Assembly: GCF_902713615.1 (NCBI RefSeq)
Contig: NC_052175.1
Span: 9,651,271 to 9,715,270, forward strand
Direction: 5' to 3'
Origin: Scyliorhinus canicula
Taxonomy: Eukaryota
DNA length: 64,000 nt
In this document: positions 50,391 through 61,129 of the stretch, piece by piece
How positions within the stretch are numbered: the first letter of the stretch is position 1
Layout: every line of letters starts with the position of its first letter
Program-made: the position numbers and the translations under genes
The notes under the pieces: model-generated
The model's database searches: none
The model's input: the letters and a program-made list of their open reading frames with translations, nothing else
Told to the model about the DNA's origin: nothing

Positions 50391-51443
50391 GATTCCATTA
50401 ATCTATTACACACAGATCCCAGCATCTCTGATCTCCAACATCACTCAAGGTTTATTCCAGGTTATCTTGTCGCTCCTTCAAATACCCTTTGTCATATTCC
50501 ACAATCCTAACAGAATTATCCAAAGTGCTTAGAATCCAATGAACAAATATTTATTTTTACAAATGCAAGTTTTAAAACTTCCTCTTATTTGTGTACTCTA
50601 ACGCACGAGCAATAAATCCCATGACACACTCGGCTTTATCAAACCCTCTCACAAGCAGCTCGGCCACAGTCAATGGTCCCGGCTCTTCTGCATTCAGATC
50701 GCTCTGCTGCTGCACAACTCTCAGAATCGCATCATTGAGTTTGTATTGTCTTTCTGTGTTCTTAAACCAGATCGAACAACTTCATGCCTTTTGTTCATTG
50801 AAGGTGGCCTTCCACATGACTGCCCATTCCATAAATAAGTCAATGTCGTCTTGAATTCTATCTCTATCCTCCCTACAGTTTCCAGGTTTTCGTCAAGCAC
50901 TCGCTTTCTCGTGACGCCCTTTACAGCCAAAAATAGATGATGAGTTTATTTTTCGTCGAAGAACAGATTTGCGAACACCTGAGCCTTCAGGAATTCAAAT
51001 CTACACATTTCAGAAATCTGAACCAATAAATAATAGTTTGAAGTTTTGTTTCTGACCAACAGGCAGATGTCTGGTCATAAAACATTTTGAGCATTGGAAA
51101 TTCACTATAGAACCAATTCAATTTGACACATGATATGTTTAAAATGCGGCACCATTTCTGTTCAAATTACTATTATGTTGGTCCACCCTTTGCTTAGAAT
51201 ATTTTATGCAAAATTTCTTGTGGAGAAATATATGAAACAGCTGTTATGCCTTTTAAATCCAGGCTCATTAGTATGAAATAGCTGAGGAAGAGATTTTCGA
51301 ATAATCTTCTAATCAATCTCAAAAGATCAAGAAAAATGCTAAAGTGTATAATTGGAATAAGTATGGCGTTGACCAAGGTTTTCCACAGCGCCTCAATGCA
51401 AAAGGAATGTTCGTGATAAATTTTGCTAATGTTCTTTTACTCA

Positions 51444-51475
51444 CTATTCATTTTGCGATTTCCTGGCCCATTCTT
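51444..51475 (-). CDS. V-C1 receptor exon 5: short cytoplasmic tail (EEWARKSQNE*)
   Basis: Acceptor ttcttctttcAG|AA, phase 1 compatible, 99-nt intron. The TAG stop overlaps a GTGAGT donor consensus. Confidence 0.7.
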
Positions 51476-51574
51476 CTGAAAGAAGAATGTGTAATTAGCT
51501 ATTTGAAACTTCGAGAAGGGAATCACATTGTACAAAACGTTATGAACATGTCTTTGATCAACATTAACCCTCAC

Positions 51575-51676
51575 CTGTTCTGCCGCTGTGATGTATCCAA
51601 ATGAAAATGGGGATCAAGAGAAGAACTGGGATCGCCACCGCCATTCTCACAACATTAATCATTTGAATGCACCATC
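51575..51676 (-). CDS. V-C1 receptor exon 4: connecting peptide + transmembrane (GWCIQMINVVRMAVAIPVLLLIPIFIWIHHSGRT)
   Basis: Acceptor ttttgtctctgtAG|GA and donor ACA G|GTGAGG. The exon is 102 nt, phase 1-1, open and hydrophobic. It is absent from the ORF track. Confidence 0.85.
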
Positions 51677-52573
51677 CTACAGAGACAAAACAATTAGAAA
51701 GAGCTGCTCGGTCAATTTTTTTTCACCCAGGAACCGTTCATGGGAATCTATCACATATCTGTTCAAACTTCTCTTCTCCAAGCAGAACAGTATCAGTGTC
51801 TATCGGTTATGCACGTGAATTAATTTTGCCACCCGTGATACCATTCCTTTGAAGCTTTTCTGCACTGTCTCTAATACATTCTCCAGACATTCTGGTGCCC
51901 AGATGGGACGTAATACTACAGTTGATGCTGAACCAGAGTTTTGTTAATGTTAATCACAGCTCGCTTCTTCTTGTAATCTCTGATTTATTGCTAATGTCGA
52001 GAGCTTTGCATGCATTAGTAATCGCCCTGCCCCTGTCAATGGTTTGTGACAATAAAGCTCCGATTCGCCTGCCCAAGTAAAGTCTGTGTGATACACTTGG
52101 GATAATTTCTGAAACTGACATTTCTGTGAACGATTAGACCCAGAGTTTAATGTTCTAAAACATTGCAGGACTCAGGAAGCAGGAATAAACCAATAAAACA
52201 GATATTACACGGATGATGAGTTCTAGAAAATGAGATTCAGAGAAAGTAAATGAATGTCTCAGAAAACAAGTAATTTTTAGACAAAACTCTCCACTTTTTT
52301 CTGGTTTCTGTTTGTGAAGCCCATCCAGTGGAGAACTGATCACAACTCCATTCCAAAGCCCACTGCGTAAAAAGGGCGTTTGATGCAAATTCAATAACTT
52401 CGGAAAGGAAAACCAGATTCTAGTTTCAACGGAAAGTGTGACAAAGCTATCGGGATAAATATTGGAAAGCCTTTGTTTTTATTTAACAGGCTTCAGAGCC
52501 TTAGCTTTGAGCTAATCGTTCTTATTGATTATAACTTGAATTCAAACCATCATTGTGAAGATCACCAACTCAC

Positions 52574-52903
52574 CTGTCCTTGTCTCTGCTGTTTTGGGGA
52601 ACAACACGCTCTTCGTCCAATTTTTGTTTGGAGACCCCAGTTGAACGATACAAGTACAGACAGCGCCATTACTCCACATATCCATCGACACCATGATCTG
52701 ACTGGTGATGCTGTAGGTCCCATCCTCCTCCAATGTACCGGGATCGCTCGATCCCTCGGTTACCTGGCCGGAAATATTCCAGAAAATAACAATCCGGTTC
52801 GAAGAAAGTCCACTGACCAAACACACCAAGGGGACGGTTTCCCTGGAATTCCCCTCGCCCTGTGGCACAAATATGAGCATCGCCGTCTTATTGGTGGAAC
52901 TGT
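52574..52903 (-). CDS. V-C1 receptor exon 3: Ig C1-set domain
   Basis: PLVCLVSG..IVIFWNISG..DGTYSITSQIMVSMDMWSNGAVCTCIVQ. Acceptor tgtgtccAG|AC, donor ACA G|GTGAGT; 330 nt, phase 1-1. Confidence 0.93.
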
Positions 52904-52993
52904 CTGGACACAGATTGAGACATAGTCAACGATTAATTCACACAAAATGATAATACTGTGCATGATCAGAATTCATTTCAATTGTTGTCTTAC

Positions 52994-53320
52994 CTCCAAC
53001 CAGTAGTGTAGCTGCTTTCTGGAGCGGTGCATAGCTATATATATTAGCACAGTAGTAGGAACCCGAATCATTCGGATGGACATTGCGGATTTCCAGAATC
53101 AGTACATTTTTTATGTTGCCTTTTTTAGAAACGAACTTACAATCCGCCCCGCTACAGGATGAAATGTCGATTGCTTTCGGTGCTTCACCAACTCCTTGTT
53201 TATACCAGCCATAGCTAGACACCACTTCCACTTCGTAAATGTAATGACAGGTTAATTCCACCATCTGCCCGACTTCAGCCGTCATTGTTAATGGGATGTG
53301 AGACAGAGTGGACACGGAGT
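52994..53320 (-). CDS. V-C1 receptor exon 2: Ig V-set domain with germline-encoded G strand
   Basis: VELTC, GWYKQGVGEAP, LILEIRNVHPNDSGSYYC, ATLLVG. Acceptor tttagttacAG|AC, donor GGA G|GTAAGA; 327 nt, phase 1-1; 90-nt intron to C1. Confidence 0.93.
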
Positions 53321-53625
53321 CTGTAACTAAAGAGATTATTTTTTAGTTATCAATGATTAATGAGAGATTGAAACATCCGCTTTGAAACGCTTCAGCTGTA
53401 ATGAAAGAACTATCTCATTGTTGTTTTACAGAGCTTTTGGTAAGATTTATTCTTCAATTTATTTTGCTTCGGTTTTGTAATAGAAAGCAGTAAACACACT
53501 GGCACTAACTGGTGAAATCTTTTCACCTGATCAGTGGATCACAGTTTTATTTCAAGAAACACGCATTCTCACATTTTACTGAACGAAGGGAATTCCGGTT
53601 ATATTTCCCACCGCCGGTTACTCAC

Positions 53626-53680
53626 CGTAACCCCTCAGCACCAGGAAAATGAGTGTCAGGTGGAAATGTTCCTTCCCCAT
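53626..53680 (-). CDS. V-C1 receptor exon 1: leader peptide (MGKEHFHLTLIFLVLRGY)
   Basis: ATCAACATGG start context, hydrophobic core and TAC G|GTGAGT phase-1 donor; 305-nt intron to V. Confidence 0.8.
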
Positions 53681-53842
53681 GTTGATCCGGAGACTGCTCC
53701 CCGTTTTCGCTCTCACTCGCTTGTTACTGCGGCCGGAGTGGCCACAGACTGACCCGAACTCATGGCCAGATCCAGCGGAAACGATGACGATGTGTTCTCT
53801 GGAAAGTATGACACCATTCTGTGAGCGGTGTCTTGGTGAATA

Positions 53843-53943
53843 TGACGTTCATTTGCACTCCCGTCACTGCCTGTGTGTCACAGCTGACAAGAAACAGAAG
53901 ACCTCACATCAATCTGATTGGCTGTAGTTCAGAGTCGGGGCGG
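53843..53943 (-). promoter_or_regulatory. Candidate promoter of the V-C1 gene
   Basis: GC box (GGGGCGG 53937-43), CCAAT box (53917-21), E-box CAGCTG (53881-86), octamer-like ATTTGCAC (53851-58) and TGACGT (53843-48), 160-260 nt upstream of the ATG. Motif matches only. Confidence 0.35.
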
Positions 53944-56479
53944 AATAATAACTGCAGGGATCTGTGCTGAATATTGTAGTTAGTAATTAACTCAAGTTTA
54001 TCCATGCCAGATTGTCATTGGCATCATGTTGCTGATCCAACTTGTCAGACATCTACCAGGTCTACCCTCAGCATTGTCTTCGCCAGTTCAACAATCACCA
54101 GCCTGTTCCTTATTTTTAATTATTAATGACATTTTGGCCCTGCTCTCATTCTTGTAAATCGTGTTTGCTGCATTGCCAATATCCTTTTTGCATTTTGGGG
54201 GGCCAGTAATTTGCAGTTAGTCCAAGTATCCGAAACAAGGACCAAAATATGAAAGCAATTCAACTGAATTAGAATAATATTCTTCTGCAGCCTTCTTTGT
54301 GTTTTTCTGGTGAATATCACCAACAAGATCATGAAAATGGCCGTTGCTTTCGAATCATTCACAAATCGAATAAATAAAACTTTTGAGTAGCATAAGGGAC
54401 AGACTAGAACCTTGGGCCTCTCGTCAACTGGGTTGTATTTCGATTCTGAGCCGTGCTCATACTCGCACATTCTGATGTTGACTGAGTGGCTTCTTCTTAA
54501 ACAAAATTTCGAGCAGAAACGACTTGCTTTCCGCAAGGGTTAAGATAAAAACATTTACCCTTTAGGTAAAATAGTAAACATTATTAAACGGTGAACTGGG
54601 AAAATACTCGAGTTCATTTAGCTGCATGCCATCTGTTCGTAAATCTGCGAATAAAGGTTTCTGGTGGTCGACGTTCCCAAAACAATCCCCCACAGTTTCC
54701 TAAATATATGCCTTAGAAAACATTTGGAAGTCATTATCAGTGGAAATTCAGTCCATGCCGGACAGAGTACATTTCTTAGAAGCTGCAGTAAGGAAAGACA
54801 TTAGAGGAGGGAAATTAAGATTTAGTGAATGAAAGTTGTCAAATGTACTTTTTTAGAAATACAAAGATTTGCATTGATCTTCTGTTGAAAGCAATAGGTC
54901 ACCAATTTATATTCGTTCGTTCATAGAACGTGATCATCGCTGGTCAGTGCGGCAATAATTGTCCATCCCTAAATGTCTCTACATTATGAGAGAAATAGAC
55001 AGGGTGTAAACTCAGTCTCTTTTCCAAGCGTGGACGTGTGGGGCTGGTTTAGCACAGAGCTAAACAGCTGGCTTTTAAAGCAGACCAAGGCAGGCCAGCC
55101 TCCCCGAACAGGCGCCGGAACGTGGCGACTAGGGGCTTTTGATACTAAATTCATTGAAGCCTCCTTGTGACATTAAGCGATTTCAATTTCATTTCATTTC
55201 AATTACAAGGGGCCACATGTTCAAGGTGAGAGGAGTTATGTTTAATGGCGATGTGTGAGGTACGTTTATCATGCAGAGAGCGGTGGGTGCCTGCAACGCG
55301 CGGCGAGAGGATGTGGTGAAATCAGGCACATCAACGTCATTTAAGAGGCATCTGGATGGGCAGATGAAGAAGGGGAAATAGAGGAATAAGTGTAAGGGCA
55401 GCAGTTTTTTTTAGTTAGGACAAATGCTCAGAACAGGCGTGGAGGGCCGAAGGGCCTGTTCCGATGATATATTGTTTATTGTTATTTTGGAAGGGGATCA
55501 GGGGCTGGTTTGTTCACCTCTGTAGTCCATGGCGTGTCGGCATACCAACCTCCAGGCTCGTTTCTCCAGGGGTTTGATCCAGAGACATAAAGGAATGGCG
55601 AGAAAGTCGCAGGCCAGTGTGCGGTTAGGAGGACAATTGGTGTCTTGTTCCCATCTCCCTTCGTGTGTTGCCGTGTTCTCTGTGTGTCGATATTACACGG
55701 TGCGATGCCAGTGAGACGCTCATGAATGCATTGTGCAATTGTGAATAAAGTTGAGGATCCGTTAATTTGATTCAAATCTCGGACAGGCGAGGGAAAAAAG
55801 GAAATCGGTATAACATTAATTAATACACTGTTAATGAGTATGATTGTACAGCAGCCTTTTCTCTGTTTAGTTGAATCCACTCTGGGCGGTAACCCCGCAT
55901 TCTGTCTACAGTTTGACATTGACTGCCAGTGTGTGACCTCTGAATGCAGTTCTGTGGGTGAAGCGCCTCAACTGTAAAAACAGGAAAACCACAGAGAGCT
56001 GATTTTGGCTCGAACATCATTTTCCATCTCAAGCAGAGAGTGGTCACAATCACGGGCACTGACAGTCAGACCTCAATGCGCTTTGCAAAGCTCCAAATGG
56101 GCTGTGGGCGAGGTATTTTTAACGCTCACAACAAACAGTTGCGGTCACAGACAATGCGCCTCGTTGTTGCCAGACCCGTTCTCTGCTGCAAGTTTACTCC
56201 CCCGCTCCTTCGCAATGGAAGGTCAAGCATTTACTCAGAAAAGGTCAAGCTCTGAGTACAGTTAATTTCATAACTCATGCTGCAGTGATTCCTGTAACCA
56301 GACTCTTCACAACAACCTGAATGTATCTCGCTCTTGTCTTCCACCTTCCATTCCTCGCCAGTCTGCTGAAGATTCCGTGACTTGGGTTCCTGAGGAGTCT
56401 TTCAGAAAATTTTCAGCACGGATTTTCCTGCTTTGTGTTCAGAATTGGGTCATGTTTCCTCTGAGATATTCCCATAAAT

Positions 56480-56744
56480 AATCATTTGACCCAGCAGTAG
56501 TTTCTAATTGTTTTGTGTCTGTCAGGATTGAGCATGTTTATCCTTTACCGATACTGACTCGATGATACGGCGTAGAATATTCATCCTCATTTGGATTTGG
56601 AATTCATGTTGTGGCTGATCAGGTGAATATTGATGATTAATACCGATATTTTAATGAACCTTTGTTTAATGTCCTTTGTTTGAATTACTGATTACGTTTA
56701 TTATTTCAGAACACCGAATGAACAGATCCCACAGTGAAAAGCAG
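56480..56744 (+). pseudogene. Inverted, decayed paralogue of the V-C1 gene's TM exon (56526-56622) and following mini-exon (56710-56744)
   Basis: TTGACCCAGCAGTAGTTTCTAATTGTTTTGTGTCTGTCAG|GATTGAGCAT matches the intact gene's TTGACCGAGCAGCTCTTTCTAATTGTTTTGTCTCTGTAG|GATGGTGCAT. IFILIWIW compares with IPIFIWIH. Stops and a frameshift are present. An 87-nt intron precedes a 35-nt exon with an AG|GTAAGT donor. Confidence 0.65.
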
Positions 56745-57200
56745 GTAAGTAAAGTGTTTTTTAAACCTCATCACTAACATCAGTATGTAAATAGCCCAAC
56801 TCGGGAAGGGGCCATACTGGACCTGGTATTGGGGAATGATCCCGGCCAGGTGGTTGAAGTTCAGTCGGTATTACTTTGGGACAAGCCATCACAATTCGGT
56901 AAGTTTTAGAATACTCATGGAGAAAGACGAGAGTGGTGCGAAAAGAAGAGTGCTAAATTGGGGAAAGGCCAAGTATATCAAAATTCGGCAGGATCTAGGG
57001 AATGTAGATTGGGAATAGTTTCAAATCCGCATTTGAAATGTGCGACTCTTTTAAGAAAAGGTTCATTAGAGTGCAGGATAGACATGTCCCTGTGAAAATG
57101 AGGGATATAAATGGCAAGTTTAGGGAACCATCGATGACGGGTGGAATTGTGAGACTAGCTCAGATGAAAAAGGAAGCATACGTAAGATATAGGCGATTTA

Positions 57201-57565
57201 CATAGATTTACATAGAATTTACAGTGCAGAAGGAGGCCATTCGGCCCATCGCGTCTGCACCGGCTCTTGGAAAGAGCACCCTACCCCCTATCCAAGGTCA
57301 ACAACTCCACCCTATCCCCATTACCCAGTAACCCCACCCAACACTAAGGGCAATTTTGGACACTAAGGGCAATTTTATCATGGCCAATCCACCTAACCCG
57401 CACATCTTTGGACTGTGGGAGGAAACCGGAGCACCCGGAGGAAACCCACGCGCACACAGGGAGGATGTGCAGACTCCGCACAGACAGTGACCCAAGCCGG
57501 AATCGAACCTGGGACCCTGGAGCTGTGAAGCGATTGTGCAATCCACAAGGCTACCGTGCTGCCCC
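57201..57565 (-). mobile_element. V-SINE inserted in CR1
   Basis: Reverse complement of the 46140-46498 family. Confidence 0.88.
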
Positions 57566-59471
57566 TTTTTAAGGCAGACTTCTGCCCCATTTAAAACTAA
57601 TGAAGCTTTGGAGGAATATCGGGACAGTAGAACAAGTCTCAAAAGTGCAATAAAGAGGGCTCAAAGGGGTCAGGGAATATATTTGGCTAACAGGGTGAAG
57701 GAACATAGCAAAGTATTTTATTCGTCTATAAGGAGCAAGAGGGTAACTACAGAAAGGATTGGCCCATTCAAAGACAAAAGAGGAATTTTTTGCGTGGAGT
57801 CAGAGGAAATAGTTGAGATTCTTAATGAGTACTTGGCATCCGTATTCATCAAGTGACATGACGGATGTTGAGGTTAGGGATGGATGTTTAAATATTCCAG
57901 GTCAAGTCGGCATAATGAATGCGGCAGTTTTGGGTATTCTAAAACGTATGATGTTGGACAAGTCCCCAGGTCCGGATTGGAACTATCCCAGGTTACAGAG
58001 GGAAGCGAGGGAAATAGCTGGGACCTTAACAGATATCTTTTCAGCATCCTTGAGCACGAGTGAGCTCCCGGAGGACTGGAGAATTGCTGATATTGTCCCT
58101 TTGTTTACGAAAGGTAGCAGGGATTATCCAGGGAATTGTAGACCTGTGAGCTTGACGTCAGTGGTAGGCAAACTGTTGGAGAAGATGCTGAGGGATAAGA
58201 TCCATTCACATTTGGAAGACAATAGACTTATCAGTGATGGGCAGCATGGCTTTGTGCAGGGAAGGTCATGTATTTCAAACCTAATGAATTAATGACAAAG
58301 TTAACTGATGAGGGAAGGGCTGTTGATGTCATATACATGGACTTCAGTTCGGTGTTTGATAAAGTTTCCCATGGCAGGTTGATGGAAAAAGTGATGTTGT
58401 ATGGGGTTCAGGGTGTACTAGCTAGATGGATAAAGAACTGGCTGGGCAACAGGAGACAGAGCGTAGTGGTGGAAGGGAGTTTCTCAAAATGGAGAAGGGT
58501 GACAAATGGTGTTCCACAGGTGTCCGTGCTCGAACCACTTTTGTTTGTGATATACATAAATGATCTAGACGAAGATACAGGTGGTCGGATTAGTAAGTTT
58601 GCAGATGATAGTAAAATTGATGGAGTTGCAGATAGTGAGAGAGCTTGCCAGAGAATACAGCAAAATATAGATAGATTGCAGAGTTGGGCAGAGAAATGGA
58701 ATATGGAGTTCAATCCAGGCAATTGCGAGGTGATGCATTTTGGAAGATCCATTTCAAGAGCGGACTATACTATCAATGGACGAGTCGTGGGGAGAATTGA
58801 TGTACAGAGAGATCTGGGAGTTCAGGTCCATTGTCCCCTGAAGGTGGCAACGCAGGTCGCTAGAGTGGTCAAGAAGGCATACAGCACGCTTGCCTTCATC
58901 GGACGTGGTATTGAGTACAGGAGTCGGCAGGTCATGTTACAGTTGTATAGGACTTTGTTCCGGCCACATTTGGAATACTGCATGCAGTTCTGGTCGCCAC
59001 ATTACCAGTAGGATGTGGATGCTTCAGAGACCGTGCAGAGGCGGTTCACGAGGATGTTGCCTTGAATGAAGGGTGCTAGCTATGAAGAAAGTTTGAGTAG
59101 ATTAGGGTTCTTTTCGTTGGAAAGACGGAGGTTGAGGGGGGACTTGATTGAAGTCTACAAAATTATGAGAGGTATAGACAGGGTGGACAGCAACAAGCTT
59201 TTTGCAAGAGTGAGTGTGTCAATTATAAAGGGCCACGCTTTCAAGGTGTGACGGGGAAAGTTCAAGGGAGATGTGCGTGGAAAGTTTTTTACGCAGAGGG
59301 TGGTGACTGCCTGGAACGCTTTGCCAGCGGAGGTGGTAGAGGCGGGCACGATAGCGTAATTTAAGATGCATCTCGACAGATATATGAACGGGCCTGGAAC
59401 AGAGGGAAATAGATCCTTGGAAAACAGGCGACAGGTTTACATAAAGGATCAGTCTGATTAAGAAATATAAA

Positions 59472-59690
59472 GGGGCAGCACGGTAGCATGGTCGTTAGCA
59501 TAAATGCTTCACAGCTCCAGGGCCATGCTAAATTGCCCGTAGTGTCGTAAAAAGTAAGGTTGGGGGGGTTTTGTTGGGTTAGGGGTACAGGGTGGATACG
59601 TGGGTTTGAGTAGCGTGATCATGGCTCGGCACAACATCGAGGGCCGAAGGGCCTGTTCTGTGCTGTACTGTTCTATGTTCTATGTTCTAT
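59472..59690 (+). mobile_element. Internally deleted V-SINE with CR1-type tail
   Basis: The head is joined directly to GGCCATGCTAAATTGCCC, so the core is missing; the tail is as in 30826-31125. Confidence 0.75.
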
Positions 59691-60199
59691 CTGCATCGGC
59701 GCAGGCTGGGAGGGTCGAAGGGCCTGTTCGCGTGCTGTAATTTTATTTGTCTTTTGTTATTTCTATTCTCACTGAATTTATAACTGTTTCAGAAACCAGT
59801 TTATTCCCAAAACCATTCCCATGGTATTGATGCTTTAATATTTCCCACGTTCCTTCATGATTTTTTCTGAGATTAATTAATAATTCAAATTGTATTTTAT
59901 TAACTGAGCAGGCGCAAAATGGCCAGATAAAATTGCAACACCAAGAGGCCATTCGGCCACTCGAGCCTGCTCTGCTATTCAACAAGATCATAGCTGACCT
60001 GATTGTTGATCCGCCTGTCTGCCTCCCTAAAATCCTGGATCCCATTTTTACTTGAATCCGCTCTAATTCAGTATTGACAATATTCAATGGCACCCCACTT
60101 CCCTGTGGGAATGGGAATTTCTAACTGAGAGAAGACATTCATCCTCGTCACCCTCTTACTGCTGAAACTGTGTTCCCTGCTTCATCATTCCCTCACCAG

Positions 60200-60860
60200 T
60201 GAACGCATCTTTCCAATATTTACTGTGACAATCGTTTGGGAATTCCATCTGTTTTTAGGACGAAAATACGTAGAAGGAGCAGGAATGTGCTATTCCTCCT
60301 CTCGACTCCGCTCCACTGTTTAATCAGACCATGTCTGATCTGATAGTAACCTGTTCTGCATAAGGCCTGCTCCCAATCACCTCTGGACTCCCTGCTTACA
60401 AAGAAGATATCAATCTCTGCTTTAAAAGGTTTCAAAGATACTCCTTCAACCCCCTTTGAAAGGAAGGAAGTTATCAAGACTCACGACCCTCTCAGAGAAA
60501 ACAAAACATCCTCATTTTGCTTTCTAACGGCGGACCCATTATTCTTAAAAGTGACCACCCCCCAATTATAGATTCTCCTCCAAGAGAAAAAACCTTCTCC
60601 ACATGCACCTTTTCAAGACCCTTCTGGATCTGATAAGTTTCAATAAAGTCGCCTCTTTCTCTTTACACTCTCGTGGAAATGGTACATATGACCATTCCAG
60701 CTTTCCCTCATGGGACGCATTCGGATATTGTTCTAATACATATCTGTGAATGATTTCCAACGCATTTACATCCTTCCATAAATAAAGTGACCAATGTGGT
60801 CCAGAGTACTCCAAATGTTGTCTAGCTCGTACAACTGAAGTGTAAACACCCTATTTTTTT
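60200..60860 (-). mobile_element. Old CR1/L2-type LINE 3' fragment
   Basis: ORF 60566-60814 (LEYSGPHWSLYLWKDVNALE) and 60220-60477 (FKAEIDIF). Confidence 0.65.
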
Positions 60861-61129
60861 ATTGACTGCTCTTCTCAGTAAAGGAAAACGTTCTGTTAGA
60901 TTTCTCAATTACTTGCTGTGCCTGCACACTGTGATTCATGCGCTAGGACACCCAGATGTGTATCCCGTACCAGCCTCCCCGGACAAGCGCCGGAATGTGG
61001 CGACTAGGGGCTTTTCACAGTAACTTCATTGAAGCCTACTCGTGACAATAAGCGATTTTCATTTTTCATTTTCATGTATCGCACCTCAGAGATTAGAAAT
61101 CTCTCATTGTCTTGATGATGACCGCAGGT

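Larger units (their letters stand above)
56740..59755 (+). mobile_element. Decayed CR1-clade LINE (ORF2 + 3' UTR) with two SINE insertions
   Basis: ORFs 57536-57856, 57813-58292, 58268-59011 and 59066-59251 carry DKSPGPD, HGFVQGRSC, GVPQ.SVL.P, FADD and CMQFWSPHY. The 3' tail GAAGGGCCTGTTC is at about 59720. Confidence 0.9.

Noticed and set aside
56729-56770. CACAGTG heptamer (also at about 21055, 27645, 27688 and in SINE heads) as a possible RSS
   Set aside because: There is no ACAAAAACC-like nonamer at 12 or 23 nt spacing, and none is adjacent to the V exon.
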